Below, in pieces: positions 6,832-10,409 of a stretch of DNA of 10,409 nucleotides. The stretch is taken from the NCBI RefSeq assembly GCF_006345805.1, contig NW_021827487.1, forward strand, positions 1 through 10,409, in the 5' to 3' direction. How positions within the stretch are numbered: position 1 is the first letter of the stretch; the number at the start of each line of letters is the position of its first letter. The stretch comes from Octopus sinensis. Taxonomy: Eukaryota. Position numbers and translations under genes: made by a program. The notes below the pieces were generated by a model that made no database searches, was not told the origin of the DNA, and saw only the letters and a list, made by a program, of their open reading frames with translations.

Positions 6832-8664
6832 CACCAAACAAGCAGGAGGAACCAAAAGTGATAAAAATTATCAATCTAACTCACAAGGAACTAACAGCAA
6901 ACCAAATAAACATACTTTCCAAAGGACTCAAGTTTACACCCACCCCACAACACCCCAACTACAATGAAATGAAAGAAGACATCGCAGAATTCTGCAGAAA
7001 ATTAAGACTTACTGAGGAGCTATACGACAAATACAACGAGGACGAATCGTTAGTCAGAAATAGGAGTAACTACACCCCCTCTAAAGGTAAGAACAAAACA
7101 CTTGATGATTTCTGTGACCACATATCAAATTACCCATATCAACATATGCACAAACAAAAACACAAACCAAACTTCAGCAAAAAAGAATGGGCTGAGTTGA
7201 ACAAATTAAAACAAGATAAAACAATAACAATCAAAGAGGCCGATAAAGGGAGTGCTGTTGTCTTAATGGATACATTTTACATAACTTTGGTACTATCTAT
7301 GCTGGAAGACACAACATACTATGAAAAGGCACAAAACTACAGTCAACAAAAAATAATGAGGGAACTAAAATCCATGTTAAACCCATACAAAGAAGGGCTC
7401 ACCGACAAAGAATATGATTATATGACCAATTTCACAAGTAAAACCAGCCAATTCTATGGTATACCTAAGGATACACAAAAGTGAGAAAATAAGCAACGCA
7501 TGCAAGATAGCTACAGACAAAATAATTAAAGTCCCTAATCCTAATGACCTCAAATTGAGACCCGTAATAGCAGGTCCTGCATGCGAAACCCACCGCCTCA
7601 GTAACTTTTTAGACACCCTGTTAAAACCACTCCTCAAACATGTCAAAAGCTATATAAGGGACGACTTGGATATGCTCAATCACCTACCGAATACTATAAA
7701 CAAAAACACCATACTGGTATCCTTCGATGTAGTCAACCTCTACTCCAATATCCCCCACAACCTAGGACTAGAGGCAATCCAATTCTGGCTAGAGAATCAC
7801 GCCAACAAACTACCACATCGCATCAAAAAAGAATTCGTGATAGAAGGGGTTAAATTCATCCTGGAAAATAACTTCTTCGCCTTCAATGACAACTTCTACC
7901 GACAAAAATCGGAGACTGCGATGGGTACACGAATAGCCCCCTCCTTTGCCAACCTAGTCATAGGATATCTAGAGATCAGTCTGTATCGTAAGGTTCTAGA
8001 AAGATGTGGCAGCCCTTTCTCCATCTACATAGAAAACAACTGGAAGAGATATCTAGATGACTGTTTCATTCTTTGGCATAAAAATATAGAAAAACTCATA
8101 GAATTCCAAGAAATTTTAAATGGACTGGACGTAAACATCCAATTTACGATGGAATATAGCCAGCAACAACTCCCCTTCCTCGATATCCTCATTAAGAAAG
8201 CTAATAATGTAATAGAAACAGACATATATTATAAGCCTACAGATTCTAAGCAATATCTTCCATTCAATTCATGCCACCCCAGACACACCAGGATGAATAT
8301 CCCCTTCAATCTAGCAAAAAGGATATGCACTATAGTCTCTAATGCAAACACCAGAGACACACGACTACAAGAACTAAAAGATACCCTTATCAGCAGGAAC
8401 TATCCACCTTCACTTATTGACAAGTGCATTCAACTTAACATCAAGGAACTGAGACATCCCAAATCAAAGAAAAACTTACGACCAAAAGCCTTACCATGCA
8501 TGTCCACACACAACCCTCTCAATAACGAAGCCTTCGGCACCATCCTCCACAACATACCCCTCCTAAAAAAAGACCACAGAATGAACACAATCCTCCAAAC
8601 ACACACGATCATAAAAAGCAAGAGACAGCCTAAATCTATGAAAAGTCTCCTAACACAAGCCTGA
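6792..8664 (+). pseudogene. Penelope-type reverse transcriptase (1-bp insertion at 7469/7470)
   Basis: N-terminal IINLT..LSKGLKFTPTP and IKEADKGSAVVLMD; FYGIPK/IHKS is split by an extra G; KLRPVIAG; motif A LVSFDVVNLYSNIP (~7714-7755); motif B' QKSETAMGTRIAPSFANL (conserved Gly replaced by Glu at 7912); motif C RYLDD (YLDD at 8050-8061); FLD; thumb YYKPTDSKQYLPFNSCHP. Confidence 0.95.
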
Positions 8665-9201
8665 ATTCACTCTTCAACACAGAAGCCGACAGTAAAAATA
8701 TGTGGAAGACCCAATTGCGGGATATGCGATTATCTAATTGAGGGATCAGAGTTCTCCTTCAAACAGGGACAACAGTTTACAGTGAAAAGCAACTTCACAT
8801 GTGCTTCGGAGAACCTAATATACTCACTAACCTGCTCTGGGTGTCAAGAGCAGTACGTAGGCCAAACAAAAAATAGTTTGCGTAAAAGGATGGCCCTGCA
8901 CAGATCCCAGATAAAAATTCCCCAAAACAGAAAAATAGCTTTCAGCCAACACATAGATACTTGCGCCAACAACAAAACACCAGGCTTCAGGATTTTCCCC
9001 CTCTACCAATTTAGGGACGATACAACCTCGAGACAACGAATAAGTAAAGAAACTCTCTTTATTACAAAATACAGGCCACTTCTTAACGGGTGTACAACAA
9101 ACCTCAATATAATATACCTCAACTTTAGAATAAAAGAAATACACACACAAATATTACATTCCAAAGAATCCATTACAAATCAACCCCAATCACAGCTATA
9201 A
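8665..9201 (+). pseudogene. Cys-rich linker and GIY-YIG endonuclease domain, in frame with RT after premature TGA 8662-8664
   Basis: Same frame as RT: KICGRPNCGIC (C-x4-C-x2-C at 8701-8727), NFTCASENLIYSLTCSGCQEQYVGQT, SLRKRMALH, SQH, KETLFI, PLLN. The Cys-rich linker is characteristic of the Neptune clade rather than Penelope/Poseidon. Confidence 0.93.
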
Positions 9202-9257
9202 TCCATAACATGCCAACTTCAAGTCATACAACACCTCACTACTTTCACCCATTCATA

Positions 9258-9431
9258 TTCTCCCTTCTCTTTTTTCTCCTTCCTCTTCTTCATCATCATC
9301 ATTATCATCATCATCGTCATCATCATCACCATCATCATCATCTTCTTCTCTTTCTCCCTCTTCTTCTTCTTCATCATCATCATCATCATCAACATCGTCA
9401 TCTTCTTCTTCTTCTCCACCTTCTACCTCTT
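9258..9431. repeat. (CTT)n/(CAT)n microsatellite inside 3' pseudo-LTR
   Basis: Direct inspection; homologous to 4952-5133. Confidence 0.9.
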
Positions 9432-9764
9432 AACTTTATCACTAATGCTTTTTAGTATAACACCTACGCAAATTCCATAAACAAACCTTTCAATAGAAAT
9501 ATTCTCCTGAATTGAACTGCAACTGCTAGCTGCCACTGACCATTCAAAATACAACCATCAAGGCACTCCCAAATTTTTCCACCCCCTCTCCTCATCAACA
9601 TTCTTCTTCTTCTACCCCCAAGAATTCCACAACTTCCTCAAACACACAATGCAAACAAGGGAGACAGAGAAAGGCAGAATGCCACTTATATTTGAACACT
9701 ATACAAATATTCCTTTAAAAAAACTTTTCTTCTAATTTTTCTAAATTTAATTATTTAATCGTTA

Positions 9765-9803
9765 CAGTTGAAAAGGTCTCAAAAATGACCAAAACCGGTA
9801 CTG
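9765..9803 (+). ncRNA. Minimal type I hammerhead ribozyme fold with variant core (U3, A8, A12), 3' pseudo-LTR
   Basis: CAG-UUGAAAA-GGUC-UCAAAAAU-GACC-AAAA-CCGG-UA-CUG; identical to the 5' copy except for one extra A in loop II; predicted cleavage after A9800. Confidence 0.72.
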
Positions 9804-9862
9804 AAATGTTCTTTATAAAATTACTTTAGCATTTTCTATTTCACTTGTTTTTTCATATATAT

Positions 9863-10069
9863 ATATATACATACATACATTATATATAATATATATATTA
9901 TATATATAATATATTATATATATATATAATTATATATATATATACATACATATATATATATAGTATATATATATATATTTATATATAATATTATATCTAA
10001 TATATATATTTATATATATATATATTTATATATAATATATTATATATATATATTTATATATATAATATT

Positions 10070-10112
<43 letters not shown>

Positions 10113-10176
10113 ATTTATATATATATATATTTATATATATATTTATATATATATATTATATTTATATATATATTAT

Positions 10177-10231
<55 letters not shown>

Positions 10232-10232
10232 G

Positions 10233-10263
<31 letters not shown>

Positions 10264-10272
10264 CTTTATATA
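9863..10272. repeat. Long degenerate (TA)n microsatellite
   Basis: ~410 bp of nearly pure TA repeat directly following the PLE 3' end. Confidence 0.97.
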
Positions 10273-10409
10273 TTGTTATATTTCGGAATGGTCATATTGC
10301 CAGTTTAGCCAATAAAACACACGCACTATATATTTGGTGTTATTTTGCTTCATTGATATTTATTTTTTATTTTTTTACATCTTAATCTTATTTCGGCCAG
10401 AGTTCTTTC

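Larger units (their letters stand above)
4595..9862 (+). mobile_element. Penelope-like retroelement, Neptune-type, near full length, with two direct pseudo-LTRs; coding region disrupted
   Basis: PLE-type RT and C-terminal GIY-YIG endonuclease with a Cys-rich linker; flanking ~1 kb direct repeats that include the 3' end of the ORF; 3' end abuts (TA)n. Confidence 0.92.
8873..9862 (+). repeat. 3' pseudo-LTR
   Basis: Direct repeat of 4595-5566; includes the C-terminal part of the GIY-YIG domain and the 3' UTR. Confidence 0.95.

Noticed and set aside
5736-8621. Minus-strand ORFs antisense to ORF1 and RT
   Set aside because: Shadow ORFs of the coding strand with no recognisable motifs.
8662-8664. 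In-frame TGA (also 6256-6258) as selenocysteine, as known for some Naiad PLEs
   Set aside because: The positions correspond to expected Arg/Lys and Trp, not Cys; a TAG stop and a frameshift are also present; no SECIS was recognised. Simple nonsense decay is more parsimonious.
10273-10409. Two minus-strand CCGAAA motifs suggesting another hammerhead
   Set aside because: No matching CUGANGA box or convincing stems inside the window; the sequence is cut by the window edge.

Overview
Eukaryotic, repeat-saturated intergenic window with no host gene. The very high CA/TA microsatellite content and the repeat types recall cephalopod (Octopus-like) DNA; this is inferred from memory, not verified. Most listed ORFs are microsatellite artefacts. 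The main feature is a near full-length, mildly decayed Penelope-like retroelement (PLE) of Neptune type on the + strand (~4595-9862). It has two ~1 kb direct pseudo-LTRs, a ~400-codon coiled-coil ORF1, and an RT plus Cys-linker plus GIY-YIG endonuclease region. ORF1 meets the RT frame at an in-phase U_UUU_UUA slippery heptamer, a candidate -1 programmed frameshift. Each pseudo-LTR carries a minimal hammerhead-ribozyme fold with a variant core (C3U/G8A/G12A). Head-to-head with this element is an unrelated minus-strand fragment (~3725-4594) containing a canonical-core hammerhead with a long stem II. Also present are a solo LTR with ATAT TSD (1591-2384), an RTE-type LINE/SINE 3' fragment with 62-bp hairpin tandem units (2457-3318), and an inverted duplication within the CA-rich tract. 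All four mobile-element pieces abut (TA)n tracts.
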